Shown here piece after piece: positions 38,601-51,569 of a DNA stretch of 64,000 nt. The notes beneath the pieces are model-generated. The model was given only the letters and a program-made list of their open reading frames with translations. It was not told the DNA's origin and did no database searches. Numbering within the stretch: the first letter of the stretch is position 1; the number at the start of each line of letters is the position of its first letter. Where the stretch lies: NCBI RefSeq assembly GCF_026571515.1, contig NW_026857436.1:1-64000 (forward strand), in the 5' to 3' direction. The stretch is from Ruditapes philippinarum. Taxonomy: Eukaryota. Made by a program: the position numbers and the translations under genes.

Positions 38601-41600
38601 TCCTCCAAGCAATTATCCTAGACAAGCTATCCTGACCAAGTTTGATGATAATTGACGTTGAAAATGTGCACCACTAGAAGTTAGAATGAACAGAATATTT
38701 GATCACAACAGTTACGAGGCGTTTAACAAGATTTTCTATTTTTTAGCTCCTGTTGACCTAGTTTTTCATATCGAGATGACCCATGTTCGATATATTCCCA
38801 GCAAAATGACCTAAAAGACAAGTTTCCTGACCAAGTTGATGACAATTGAGTCAAAATTGTGACCCACTAGAGTGTTAACAAGGTTTTTCTATTTTTTAGC
38901 TCCTGTGACCTAGTTTTTCATCCGAGATGACCCATGTTCAAACTCATCCGAGCTATCACCTAGACAAGCATTTTGACCAAGTTTGATGATGATTGATGCA
39001 AAAATGTGACCGCTAGGGGTGTTAACAAGGTTTTTTCTATTTTTAGCTCCGGTGACCTAGTTTCTCATCCGAGATGACCCATGTTCGAACTCATCCGCAG
39101 CTATCAACTAGATAAGCATCCTGACCAAGTTTGATGATGATTGGAGGCAAAATTGTGACCTCTAGAGTGTTAACAAGGTTTTTCTATTTTTAGCTCTGGT
39201 AACCTAGTTTTTCATCCGAGATGACCATGTTCCGAACTCATCCGAGCTTTCAGTTAGACAAGCATCTTGACCAAGTTTGATGATGACTGATGCAAAAATG
39301 TGACTGCTAGAGTGTTAACAAGGTTTTTCTATTTTAGCTCCGGTGACCTACTTTTTCATCCGAGATGACCCATGTTCGAAACTCATCTCAGCTATCAACT
39401 AGATAAGCATCCTGACCAAGTTTGATGATGATTGATGCAAAAATGTGCCGCTAGAGTGTTAACAAGGTTTTTCTATTTTTAGCTCCGGTGACCTACTTTT
39501 CATCCGAGATGGACCCATGTTCGAACTCATCCCGAGCTATCACCTAGACAAACATCCTGACCAAGTTTGATGATGATTGATGCAAAAATGTGACCGCTAG
39601 AGTTGTTAACAAGGTTTTTTCTATTTTTAGCTCCGGTGACCTACTTTTTCATCCGAGATGACCCATGTTCAACTCATCCGAGCTATCAACTAGATAAGCA
39701 TCCTTGACCAAGTTTGATGATGATTTGAGGCAAAAAAAATGTGACCGCTAGAGTGTTAACAGCTAAATGTGAACGGACGACGAACGGACGACGGGACGAG
39801 ACGGACGACGGACAATCATCGATCCTAAAAGCTCACCCCTGAGCCATGCTCAGTGAGCTAAAAAATTATAATCGGCTACAGTTATCATTCTTTCGCCACA
39901 ACATTCCTCCTCAATAAGATCAATCCACCAATGAAGTTATGGTTGACATCTCAAAGATTTTTTTTAGTTATGCTCCACTCAGGTGAAAAATTAAAGTATG
40001 CAAAATTACAAAAGCCCGGCAATTACTCAAAAACTATGAAGGGGGTAGAGTTATCACTTTTTTGCACTGCACACTCCTGAGTGAGATGGGCTTTTTGAGT
40101 TATGCTCTGGACAAAAATTAAGTTTGAAAAAATAACAAAGGGCAATAACTGAAAAATTATGTAGGGTAGAATCATCATTGTTGTGCACTGCACTTCTCCT
40201 AAATATGATTTATCCACCTTATGAAGCTTCAAGTTGATACCTCAAATACTTTTTAAGATATGGTCCGCGACTAAAATGAGGACGGGAAGGACAGACTGAC
40301 GGTCAAGGACAGGCGGACGGACGGAGACTAATTTTATATCCCCAACCACCTTTTCGGCGGGATAATTAAACATTTTCCAGCTTATAGCTAAAGGAAACTC
40401 AGAATTTTGCTCACAATAATGAGACATGAATTCTGAATGAAGTTCAGAAACTTTGTGTAAAAGACTGATTTACGGACCAAATTAAGTTATTGTACAACCT
40501 GGTATGGTAAATGCTTACTGTGAAACGCATATGGAAAACCAAGTCTCATTTTAGGGAAAAACTGTTTTATTGCCCGCAAGAAATGAAATTATTCAAAAAA
40601 AGACAACAAGAAAAGCATTGATGCAAAGCATCAAAGGGCGACGCCCAAAAGAATTTGACCTAAATACTTAACAAAAGATGTGTACTTTATTGCTGTACCA
40701 TTTTCATGTGACCTGGAGGCTAGGCCCAGTTTAAGTTGAAACTTTAAACCAAAAAGAATAGACACTGTCTTGCCAAGATGCAAAGACAATTTATAGTCAA
40801 TTAACCAATCTTAAGATTTATTTACCAGATACAAGGATACCTGAGTCATCATCATATAATCACATGCACGAGCATCAAACCTGGGAAGAAAATCTAATCA
40901 TATTTTTTCTTCCCAGGTCTGATACTTGTACTTGTGCATATAATAAAGCTTATTGCTTAGGGTTGCAGACATGTCATTGACATATATTAGACATAAAAGA
41001 GGACCTAAAATGAACATCAGGGGGACACCATAGGTATCAGAGCAGGAGTAGATTTTAGGAGTATGTAACCAGCCACATCAACCAGCTGCTATCAGAGATA
41101 AATCTTGAACCATGTAAGAATGTCATTACATATGGCAGATGCTTGAAGTTCCATGAAGAAGAAGGAAAAAGAACTTCTTCATGTGCAGTAATTAGTGTGA
41201 TCAACTGTATCAAATGCCTTTTGTAGATCTAACAGTATCATGCAATACTGCCTTTGTCCATTTCAAATTAAATGCACTTTATTAAATGAATAAAACATGT
41301 GCCAGTCGCAAAACCACTTCTAAACCCTGACTGAAAACTGCCTGACCATGACTCGAACACATGACTTTCAGAAGACCAACTGAGCTATCGGCCGCTACAC
41401 ATTTTCTCTTAATAATGAAACAGTTCTAAACCACAACATATTTCTCCACTATATTGATTAATGTCCTTGAATTTCTGATGTTTTACAGAGCATAGTGAAT
41501 TAAACTCATGGTTATATGCAGTCACAGGATGAGAAAATTTTAACTTTCAGCTTCACCATAACTCAAACCTGTGACCCACAGAATATTATGTACCGCGGCT

Positions 41601-44600
41601 GAAGCGATTGAGCTATCTTTGCCACTTACACATTTTCTCCCCTAAATAGTGAACAGTTCTAAACCATGACAGATATTTAGATTTTTAAATTAACAGATAA
41701 ATAATTCTTAATTAATAAATTAGAAAAAAAAAACTTACATACTCATATAGTCTTAATTAAGATAACAATTTATATACCATTGTATAATTATTTTTTACTA
41801 AAAAGGGCTTAGACAGTTATTGGTTGTGCCATTATTTATAACAGGTCAATTTGAAAGTGAACATAACTGTGCTAATTCATGTACAATATTTATTTTTTGT
41901 ACAGATAAAAAACTAACCTTTTTTCTATGATAAGAAATTTTATGAAGTCTGATTTGTATTTTGCATCAAGGCACCGGGCGAAAACATGAAAATTATGCAA
42001 CCAACGACAACCACTTCGTGGTCGATTGTATTTCATGTTTTCATCTGGCGCCTGGTTACTTTTGTACTTTGTTGGTTTTCATGTGGCACATTAAATCACC
42101 CACTATAAAATTTAGTGTACCAAATTTTATTCAAGGGCAAGTAACAGTCTACTCTATGAAAAGTATGTTGTCGGGTTGACTCAGGAGACCTGGAGATTGA
42201 GACCGGTGTCCCTCCATTACAAATAGATAAGGCAGAAGCTGTCCATTTCAAAACTATGCCACATGTTAAAAAAAAATAGAATGTAACTATTCAGAATATG
42301 ATTTGTTTTGAGACTTTATCAATTATATTGCTGGATCCAAGATTCAGGACATTTTCAATCAATAATGTATTATCATTTATAACTTTAAATGAAAGTCTCA
42401 TCCCTTTAATAATAATGACATAACTCAGAGTAACTCTTTAAATTCAGAAATAATTTATAAATCTCATCATATCAATATACTAAGATATACATGTATGCAC
42501 ATAACATTAATAATTCCCAGTTTCTATTAAATAAATATGAAATCCTACCATTAACATTGGTACTAATGGATGGAATTCAAAATCTAGTAGAAAAGAAAAC
42601 TAATAATATATAAACTCTGTTATAGATACTATTATTAGCCAGCTAACACTTGGTATAAACAAATTTAACCTGTAGACTGATCATGTATTATCATTTATAA
42701 ATTTTAAATGCAAGTCTCATCCATCATAACTGTAAGTCTTTAAATACAGAAATACACATTATATCCATATACTATGATACACTTGTATGAACATTACATA
42801 AATAATTCTCAGGTTCCATTAAAAATAAATATAACATCCTATTAACATTGGTGTTTGGGGGGAATTCATAAATCTTGTAGAAAGAAAACTATAATGTACA
42901 TGATATTGTATAGTATAAAAGTAAAAAAAATCTCAATAAAATCATATAATAAAGATTAAGTTGTGTGAGTTTCTAAACATTAAATGCATATCTCTTACAG
43001 TAACAAATACTGTCCCTCATTAGACTTTACTACAAAACTAACTGTAACTATATATATCAAGTGTTTAAAATGAGCACCATATGTTACATAATAATAGCTT
43101 AAATATTATTATCTACCTTTTCATTTTTACCAAAGGTTATTTTATGAGCAATTTACATACAAACACATAGAAAATAATAATTTCACATATTGATTAGAAT
43201 ATTCCTCTAGCAGAAATACCTATAGTATATGTGCTAACTGAACAAACTAGAAAAATCTGGTCTAATTAAGGTATATAAAGCCAGTAAAAAATATATATAT
43301 CAATATTTACTCATCATGGCCTTTATGCTTTTGATTACCTTACAACTGGTAAATTTTATTAAACAAAAAATAGTAAGTAATACCTAACTTGTAGGGATTA
43401 AACGATGATCAAGTATAATCGATAATTGATCGTTTATAGGACCGATTAGCGATGATCGAATACAAAGTTCAATAATCGATCATCGGTTATTTATCTTCTT
43501 GCTCTTACTTAAGTGACTCGCTGTATTATAACAACACTTTAAATTAAAGCCAGCTTTGGTGTACCCAATAACTTTCATTAAAATGAATGAGAAAGCATAC
43601 TGGTGACCATGAGATTAATAGTTGACAGTGAGGCATTCTGTAGTTTAAAAGACATACTATGCTCAAATTTAAAATTTAGAAAATGTCTACACAGTCTATT
43701 TGTAAATATATGAAATAAACATGTTTGACTTCAAACAAAGAAGATATGTATAAAATTATTCTACACACTGAAGATGGTAACAATATCAATATATGGTGTC
43801 ATTAAAAAAACCTGGAATTTTTGTTAATGACCAACTTCTCTTGTTCTCATACATAGCTTATTCATTCCTTTATTGGAATTGAGACATAATAATTTCATAG
43901 ATATAATGAATTTATTTGATTAAAATATTTTACTCAAGGATGAACATAAGCATGAGTAACTAGTTTATTTTAATCTTAAGTGGTAGTTACACATATATAT
44001 AGATTATTAATGGAATTCTTATAAAATATTAAAGCATGATATGTGCATTGTACATATTTACTTTGTTATCGTAAATGTTTCGATTATATAATCGATGATT
44101 GGTCGATTATTTTCAATGATCGATTATGATTTTTTTCCAATTAAGAAACCCTATACCTAAAATAGACAGAAAAGAACAAATAATTTAGTAAACATGAGTT
44201 ACTTCCCCTTAAAATAGAGAAAACCTAAAAAAAAAAACCAGAAGAACACCCCAAACATCAAAATTAAGAAATGTTGCAGGCTCAGTTTTATTAAGCCATG
44301 CAAATTCATGGTAAAGTATTCATAAAAAAATAGATGGCCATGTGACAGCAGTTTTTGCAGAAAATCTGATAGCTTTCAACATCCGGATACTGGTACACCT
44401 TGTAAAAACAACCATTCTGTGCAACAGATAAACGTAATATATAAAATTAATAGGATAATCGTTTATAACAGTCCATTACCTATCCTTATACTAATTGGCA
44501 GGTGAAATTTCTTCTTGTAGGAAAATTTTGAAAAAATATATATAAACGAATGGATATGGACACGACATCAATGTAGACCACAACGATATTCGAAATCCGG

Positions 44601-45557
44601 GTTTTAGTATTTCAAACAAATACAGTGTGTCGAAAGGATGTGCGGAATTGTGTAAATATATCACGCTGATATTTCGCGTGTTGATAAAAATACTGTTTAG
44701 ATTCTACAAATGTATATGATTTGAAAGGAAAATGTTTCTATGTTACTTTTCACGGAAATGGGCTGTACAATGATTGCGTATTTAAAGCCAATAAAATGTC
44801 GGCTGTAGAAATCGAAAGGAATTTTGTCACGTGACTTTTGCCCATGCTACCGAAAACTACCCATCACAATATCACGGCGTTGAGACGCCGTGAAATAATT
44901 AGAGTATTTATCATAAACAACCACAGACAAGTTTTTTGTTGTTTAAACAAGAGTGATATAATTTTGAAATGTTCATACACAAACGTTTAGTTAATTTGAT
45001 ATAAACCTTATCTTTGTTTTAATAAGATCAACTGTTTGTTATTATTGTACTTCAATAATGGTAATACTTCTACTATAAATGCAGTCAAAAAATGACTTTT
45101 GTGTTTGTAAAATACTCTCAACCTTGTCAATGTTTTAGACTATTTGATATTTTTCAATAAATAGTAAATTTGTAGCTGAAATATTAACTTCGTATATGCT
45201 TTTCAAAACGTTTTGTTTCTAAATTTCATCTTGTATACATGTATTTAATTACAGAACTTTCTCGAAAGCAATTTGGGTGGTTTGTTAAAGAAATACGGTA
45301 TAGATCCGAGGAAAATCAACACACAACTTGAAGAGTATGCAATGAAATGTGTCGAAGTGACGTGGTATCTTTGTGCCGAGGATCCTCCTGTATGTATGGT
45401 ATTGGTATTAGATGAAGGAACACAACAGTTTGACGAAACTCTTTACGAACCCAGTACAAAGAGGGGTGCCATGATAGATTATGTTCTTTGGCCAGCTCTT
45501 AAACATTCTGAAAATGGGTCCGTGTTAGCCAAAGGAAACGTCGAGTGCAAAAATTAA
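29673..45557 (+). CDS. Mieap-like domain protein, paralog 4; six exons over 15.9 kb, exon 4 garbled
   Basis: Exons 29673-29951, 33439-33491, 33742-33892 (HFKEIFDNPWAEAHDAL), ~34604-34708 (unreadable frame in a homopolymer-noisy region), 35793-35897 (EEIRAYRK) and 45255-45557 (CVEVTWYLCAEDPP...YVLWPAL...KGNV). Readable junctions match the phases of the other paralogs. Confidence 0.75.
31960..32460 (+). mobile_element. Old CR1-like LINE ORF2 3' remnant
   Basis: Broken LESIQ..AARIVTG-like segment at ~32176-32220 and YNLRN at ~32374; many stops. Confidence 0.45.
32659..32720. repeat. (CCTT)n/(CATT)n microsatellite
   Basis: Directly visible. Confidence 0.9.
33124..33346. mobile_element. Palindromic MITE, copy 2 (intron 1 of paralog 4)
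   Basis: Same family as 3348-3584, with a small internal deletion. Confidence 0.9.
36447..40370 (+). mobile_element. Pearl/Helentron-like (HINE) tandem-repeat element(s), outer
   Basis: ~140-160 bp repeats (ttatgctccggacaaaaattaagtatgaaaaataacaaagggcaataact), a (GGAC/AGAC)n microsatellite at 40280-40330 and a terminal short hairpin (atcccc...gggata). A second noisy terminus lies at ~37220-37310. Confidence 0.7.
38248..39865 (+). mobile_element. Pearl/Helentron-like element nested in the outer one, with ~10 tandem ~145-bp units
   Basis: Starts aacaagcagggccatgatggcc; unit gagtgttaacaaggtttttctatttttagctccggtgacctag...gaccaagtttgatgatgattg; (GGAC/GACGA)n at 39772-39812; ends agctcaccctgagccatgctcagtgagct plus an A-run. 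Confidence 0.85.
40960..41345 (-). mobile_element. Degenerate LINE RT fragment
   Basis: Minus strand reads FQSGFRSGF, MILLDLQKAFDTVDH and GVP..ILGPLLCLIYVNDM. Confidence 0.75.
43392..44153. mobile_element. Possible hAT-like non-autonomous element
   Basis: TAGGG...CCCTA ends with subterminal aatcgat/cgatta repeats at both sides; no clean 8-bp TSD. Confidence 0.4.
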
Positions 45558-46199
45558 ACAGTATGAAGCATTATAGTACTAGATTTAAAGAAAGAATATT
45601 GTGAAATACATAGAAAGAAATACTGAAAATTAAATACCGATATAAACTATATAATCAACATTTATCAAATCATAAAGACATAAAACAATACTTTTGGCGG
45701 TGTTCAATTGTCAGTAAACTTCTTTTCTTTCTATAAACCAACCGGATAATTAAAATAAACTTGCCGTTGAGTTCACGTGAGCTTTCATTTTATGTTTTAA
45801 AGATCCTGTAACATATTTTCTTATGGCTTTATATGATAAATATAATGCTAAAATGAAAATGTATCAATATTGTAAGTTCTTAAAAGCATTATTTGTAAAG
45901 ATATTACCGAGTTTAAATTTCATGTTAACAAAGGGAGGTAATTAGAAATTTATTTTCTATAAAATTTAAGTCAAATTTTTCAAAAAGAAATGAATGCATA
46001 TGTTTTAATAACTACATATAATGTTTTTACAAATATTTGCAGTACATATTTTACATATTCTTGGATGTTTGAAAATTGTTTTAGAAGCATTTTTATATAC
46101 ATATATAAAATTTCACTTAAGTGTGGTAACAACCTTAATTACAACATACAGGATCTTTAAGGATATTGTCATAGATTCATGAAACTAAATTTTGTTTGT

Positions 46200-46704
46200 T
46201 CATGATTATTCCCATACTTACTAAAATATCTACATCTGTATTCAATGACCAACATACGCCGTTCAGAATAATATCCTAGTAAGATTTTGGTTTATGGACA
46301 AGACCGTAAAACAAATTATATAAAAGACACATTTTCTTATTATGGTATGAACATTTGGAACAATATACCTTTAAATATTCGTAATGTTGATAACCTTAAA
46401 TGTTTTAAAAGAAAAATGCAAAAAAGCAAAACNNNNNNNNNNNNNNNNNNNNNNNNNNNNNNNNNNNNNNNNNNNNNNNNNNNNNNNNNNNNNNNNNNNN
46501 NNNNNNNNNNNNNNNNNNNNNNNNNNNNNNNNNNNNNNNNNNNNNNNNNNNNNNNNNNNNNNNNNNNNNNNNNNNNNNNTTTTTTTACCTATGCATATTG
46601 TTGTTGTTGTTTTTTCTATTCAGAAGGCCACATTGAAAATAAGATATATATACATTGTAATTGCTATTGTATATTCTTAATGTGTAACCTACTTTAAATA
46701 AAGA

Positions 46705-46705
<1 letters not shown>
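46200..46705 (+). mobile_element. 3' end of a CR1/L2-type LINE
   Basis: KTNYIKDTFSYYGMNIWNNIPLNIR...FKRK is an ORF2 C-terminus; AATAAA at 46698 is followed by an (ATT)n tail. Confidence 0.7.
46433..46579. other. Assembly gap (N run)
   Basis: 147 N. Confidence 1.

Positions 46706-46789
<84 letters not shown>
46705..46789. repeat. (ATT)n microsatellite (LINE tail)
   Basis: Directly visible. Confidence 0.95.
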
Positions 46790-47184
46790 GTATTAAAGAA
46801 CTATTGTATCGAGAAAAAATAGCAAATACACAACGACTTTTTCATAATTGTGTATGCTTAGTGCTTTATTAACCACTAAATTGGCAGATAATTTAATCTG
46901 CTGTCAAATTACATTGTAGTTAATTAAAAAGTGGTCTTATTTCAAAACAGTTTTGTGTTATTGTCTTTAAAAATTCGCTTTCTATTGTTTAATGCACTGC
47001 ATTGTTATATTACATTGTTATTACAGTAGCAAATTATAGATTTCTAAATCAATACATTTATGAAATGATATACTATGTGTGTAAATAAATACATTGCGAA
47101 ATCGCAATTCAGAAAATGTGTTTTACTTAATAATTAAATACGTAGAAAGATAATGTTAAGTGTGTATGCGGTAATAAATTTGTC

Positions 47185-50177
47185 ATGGAAAGTAAGACAA
47201 GAACGGAGCTATTACTAACGATGCTGATGGAAAATCGGACGACAGAGGCTAGGCGACTAATGGGCCATACAGAATATGAGCTAAGCATGTTGCCGTCAAA
47301 TTTAAATCGCGCTCAAAAAAGTGTTGTGAAAGAAATAAATGAAATAATTGCGCGTTTAAACGAAGGATATGACGGCTCGGCTATCACAAAGGCGAAACCA
47401 GCCCTAGCGAAATTCATAGAGTACCGATTGAACGGGTTCATTAAGGTAAAATACTTCTACGTATAAGTCATACTTAGGATCTTGTTTTACGACGAAAATT
47501 ATTTTTGAAGGTTTCATTTGATATTTCTATTTTTGAATATTGCTACTTTCCACAAATACCTTATACTGAACCTGAATAATAGGTAACTGTTAAGATATAT
47601 ACATGTACATGCGAGAATATGATATTCATTATAAATGTTTCATAGTACAAATGGTTGAATTATTCAATGACTAAACTTTTTTTCAAGTCAGCGTTTAGTC
47701 ATGCTAAAAAGGATAATGACTCCATGCTAGATTTCGTTTCTAAACTCTTGTTTAAATTATGTAATGAAAGTTATGACACCAATTTTTGTTATAATTTCAG
47801 AGTTTTCTATACAAGGATTTCTCGAGATACTATGATCCATTATCAGGGCAAGGTGATTCTTATGTGGATATCCCAACACAAACAACGACGCGTCGAAGAG
47901 TTCAAGGGTGGCAAAACATCATGTCCGACTTTTCTCAAAAGAAAGCAAGCAGAAGAGAAACGAAGGATTTATGGACAATAGACGGTATTCTCGAAGCAGG
48001 AGAGGACGCTGACCTGGAATGGGAAAGGTTAACGAAGAATATAATTGTATTGAAAAAAAATTGATTAAAAAAATAAATTATAATAGTACGTATTTCTGTT
48101 ACGAATTTCGATGAAAAATACATGTATTTTAAATTTCTAAAGTTTGGTATATGCTATTTAAGCTATGACCACCCTAATAGGAAAATAAAAGGAATGTAAA
48201 TGAGGGCCCATTCACTTAGTTTACTAAGGAACTATTAAACCATTCAATTTATAGATAAGAGGTATAAAGCTGGCGTAAAAGACAATTTATAATTGACAAA
48301 TAGTACAAACATATGAGCCGCGTCAGGACAAAACCAACATAATGGGTTTGCGACCAGCATGGATCCAGATCAGCCTGCGCATCCGCGCAGTCTGATCAGG
48401 ATTCATGCCGTTCGCTATCAGTTTCTCTACTTGTAATAGAGTTGGTAAGCGAACATCATGGATCCTGATCAGACTGCGCGGATGCGCAGGCTGATCTGGA
48501 TGCATGCTGGTCGCAAACGCACTATGTTGGTTTTGTCATGACGCGGCTCATATATATTTTTCAGGTTTAAGTTACACGAAGATAAAGATAAAAAGGAAAG
48601 TAGGGATTTTAATACCCCTACGTATATCGCACAAACATTTACAGACCTGTATCATAATGAGTGGACTGAAGCCTTTAGAAAACTAAGCAAAAGAAAAATA
48701 TACGATAGGACAATTATTGAATTGCTTTTGGCAATAGTGCAGGTATTTTTGCTTTCTATCTATAGTTAAAGAGTAAATTGAATTCATATACCCTAAAGTC
48801 CCGTAACATCTGAGCGCAAAGTGAATATAAGATAATTACTGGGAACAAGTTATTTATACTGATTAAGTTTCAACCGTGTAATTCTTATAATTTTGTTGAT
48901 TAACAAAATAATCGTAACGTTTGCTTTTGTATTTCTTATCCAATTAAAAATAAGAGCTATTATTAATCGTATACGTGTTCATCTGTGAAGATGATACTGA
49001 ATTCAAAACAAACTATAAAAGTTTTAGGAACGAAAAAGGTGGTTATGTTAGGTTCTAATTTAAACGTTTAAGTTTATGTTTCAATATATAATCTTACAAG
49101 ATGATTTTTTATTCTAAATACTTTTTATATAAATGCATGGTATTCACGTGTTTCAGGGAGCATATGCATTTTGTAAAAAAGAAGCAACACGGCAACTACA
49201 AGATATACATTCAGCGTTCCTAGATATCCTTGAGTTTGGTTCACGTACTGATCATGTAAGTCCTATTTCATGTAAACATATACTAGTTGTTGCTTAATAT
49301 TTGAATGCCTCTGAATACTTACCCTTAAATAGTTCTTAGTAACGTTAGATAAACTAAAAGGATGTTCGTTTTTCCTTATCAATATTTTTGTTATCCCTAA
49401 CTATTTATTTAATGTAAGAAGTAAAGCACACAGATTATATTTGTTTCAGTATAGGGAAACGTCTGCAGACTCAAGTTTGCTAACAAAATACCGAAAGGAT
49501 ATGGCAGCCACAGCTTTGCCTAAGCTAATCAAGGTAATCATTCGCAATAACTAGATTAACCCCTATTTTTATAGTAAACAGATACACAATAAAAACTACA
49601 GCAATCATGAAATTCGTACTCCTTTAATATTTTGCATAGACGGTCCTTCCTATGAAAAGTAAGATGTATGGTACATATTCTTAATAACAGAGATATCAAA
49701 CTATCTTTCAATCTATAATTAAGTTACTAGTATATTTGTTGATTTTTCTATTCGTATTTTGATATGCAAACATGCACCTTAAATTCGTACAAATGTTTAA
49801 TATTATAGACATGAAAAAAATAAACGTGTTATAAGGAAACTAAAGGAACAACATAATCATTATGTAATATATGATACTTTTAGGAATTTTACGAGAAGTC
49901 TTTTAAAGAAATATGTGTAGCTTCGCTAGGTGTTGAACCTGAGAAAGATGGTATAGGTTCGTCATTCGCAAGAAAAGCTGTTGAAGTGACATGGTGGATG
50001 TGTGTTCAAGACCCTCCGGTCTATATGGTTCCTACTAGTAAAGAGGGATTCGATCCAAAACTCTACAATGCGTACAGTAAAACATCATCAAATCAGCTGT
50101 TATACTTTGTGTGGCCTGCATTACGTTTTTCTCTTAACGGTGAAATTTTACAGAAGGGTTTCGTACAATATAGATGA
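47185..50177 (+). CDS. Mieap-like domain protein, paralog 5; intact, six exons, ~380 aa
   Basis: Exons 47185-47445, 47801-48027, 48565-48742 (PTYIAQTFTDLYHNEWTEAFRKL), 49157-49255 (GAYAFCK), 49450-49533 (LLTKYRK) and 49884-50177 (AVEVTWWMCVQDPP...YFVWPAL...KGFV). Total 1143 nt in an open frame. Confidence 0.9.
48314..48550. mobile_element. Palindromic MITE, copy 3 (intron 2 of paralog 5)
   Basis: Same family; ends 14 bp before exon 3. Confidence 0.9.
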
Positions 50178-50245
50178 TGATGATGAAAATCCATATATTC
50201 TTACCCTAATGTATATCATTTTGATTTGGTTTAAACATATTTATT

Positions 50246-50421
50246 TAAGCTCGATTGCGAATCAAGTTCTTGCAACTTATATTAATCACTTTCGAGTCCG
50301 CTTCCTGGAACCAACCAGTACTGGTATCATATGAAGAAAGATGGACGTAACCCGAGTAGGGCTCGAACCCATGATTTCTGAGTTGAGAGACAGACACCTT
50401 AACCACTAGGCCACCGCTCCC
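50246..50421 (-). mobile_element. tRNA-derived SINE
   Basis: Minus strand: ggtggcctagtggttaagg (A box), gggttcgagccc (B box), then ccagtactggttggttccaggaagcggactcga. Confidence 0.7.
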
Positions 50422-50699
50422 CTTTATCATTTTGATTAAACGGATGCAGAGGAAAAACAACTACAACAAAACGAAAAATTTATATTTTGATATTTCGATG
50501 ACGCACGGTTCCATTGCATTGATTAAAAATTCAACGACGTTTTTATTTAATATAAGATCCACAGTCCAATAATAAATTATGAACATTTCATTCATATTTC
50601 ACATTTTTTGCAAAATGTTATTTTTTATTTATTTAATATATATACCAATGTTTCATCTCAGTGTTCTTATATTTTTTACATTTGGTCCTTCGTGGCCAA

Positions 50700-50840
50700 T
50701 GCGGCCTCAGTGGCGGAGAGGTTATGGTTGGAATCCCGTAATAGATTCTTTCATCTGAGGTAGCTATCTAGCTAGCTTACAGAAGGTCGGTGATTCTATC
50801 TAGTTGCCCGCAGTGTCGGTGTGACTTGAGATCCAACAAA
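50700..50840 (+). mobile_element. Degenerate SINE fragment (second family)
   Basis: gtggcggagaggtta A-box-like head and gaggtagctatctagctagcttacagaaggtcggtg body, resembling molluscan SINEs. Confidence 0.4.
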
Positions 50841-51569
50841 ACTATCCGTTTATTCCAATCCTTTTAGTGTTGAGCATTGAATACCGCTTAAGTCGGCATG
50901 CCAGAGATTGCATTCATGAACAGACTCAGTCATACCATGTAATTTGATCTTTAACTATTTGCTTCTGTTTTCATTGCTCTCTGGACACTCCCCTTTTCAG
51001 AACTTTTACACACAACAACAACTGGTGTAAAGTGCTGTGTAGCAGTTTTAATAGGTTGTCCCGTACTTAATCATGTAAAATTTTATCATTGACTCGTGTT
51101 GAGAGATGCTGCACTTTCAATTATTTCTAATGAAAATACTCAATGACATCGAGAATACTATTTCAAGGTAACTGCTTCGGGTTTTCCCTCCCTCTTTCAA
51201 TCATTTAAAATTCCCATTTATGAAGACTGGCAAATAAATTCTACCAAACCTGGACCGATGTTTTAGTTACTTCCCTTTATTTCATTATTGATTTACAAAC
51301 ACTTTAGCTTTAGCTTTCTTTTTAAACTTTGTCCTTTCAAATATTATGTTTCCATCTCAACACGATTATTTCGGATTTTTTCTCATTAAATTTTCTGAAT
51401 AGTATGTGACTGCAATATTTACTTAATTGCTGTTTCATATCAATTTTCCACGTCATCTGCGCAATAAAAAAAATACAATGTACATGTATAAGACATAAAA
51501 TCTACCACAATCATTACTACAGTAATGTATTTTTGTAAAATAAATATATTAACAATGGTGGAATATCCT

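Noticed and set aside
48323-48686. ORFs such as MDPDQPAHPRSLIRIH... (also 56306-56606 and the start of the 63090 ORF)
   Set aside because: Translations of the MITE; the true exons begin at 48565 (different frame) and 63150.
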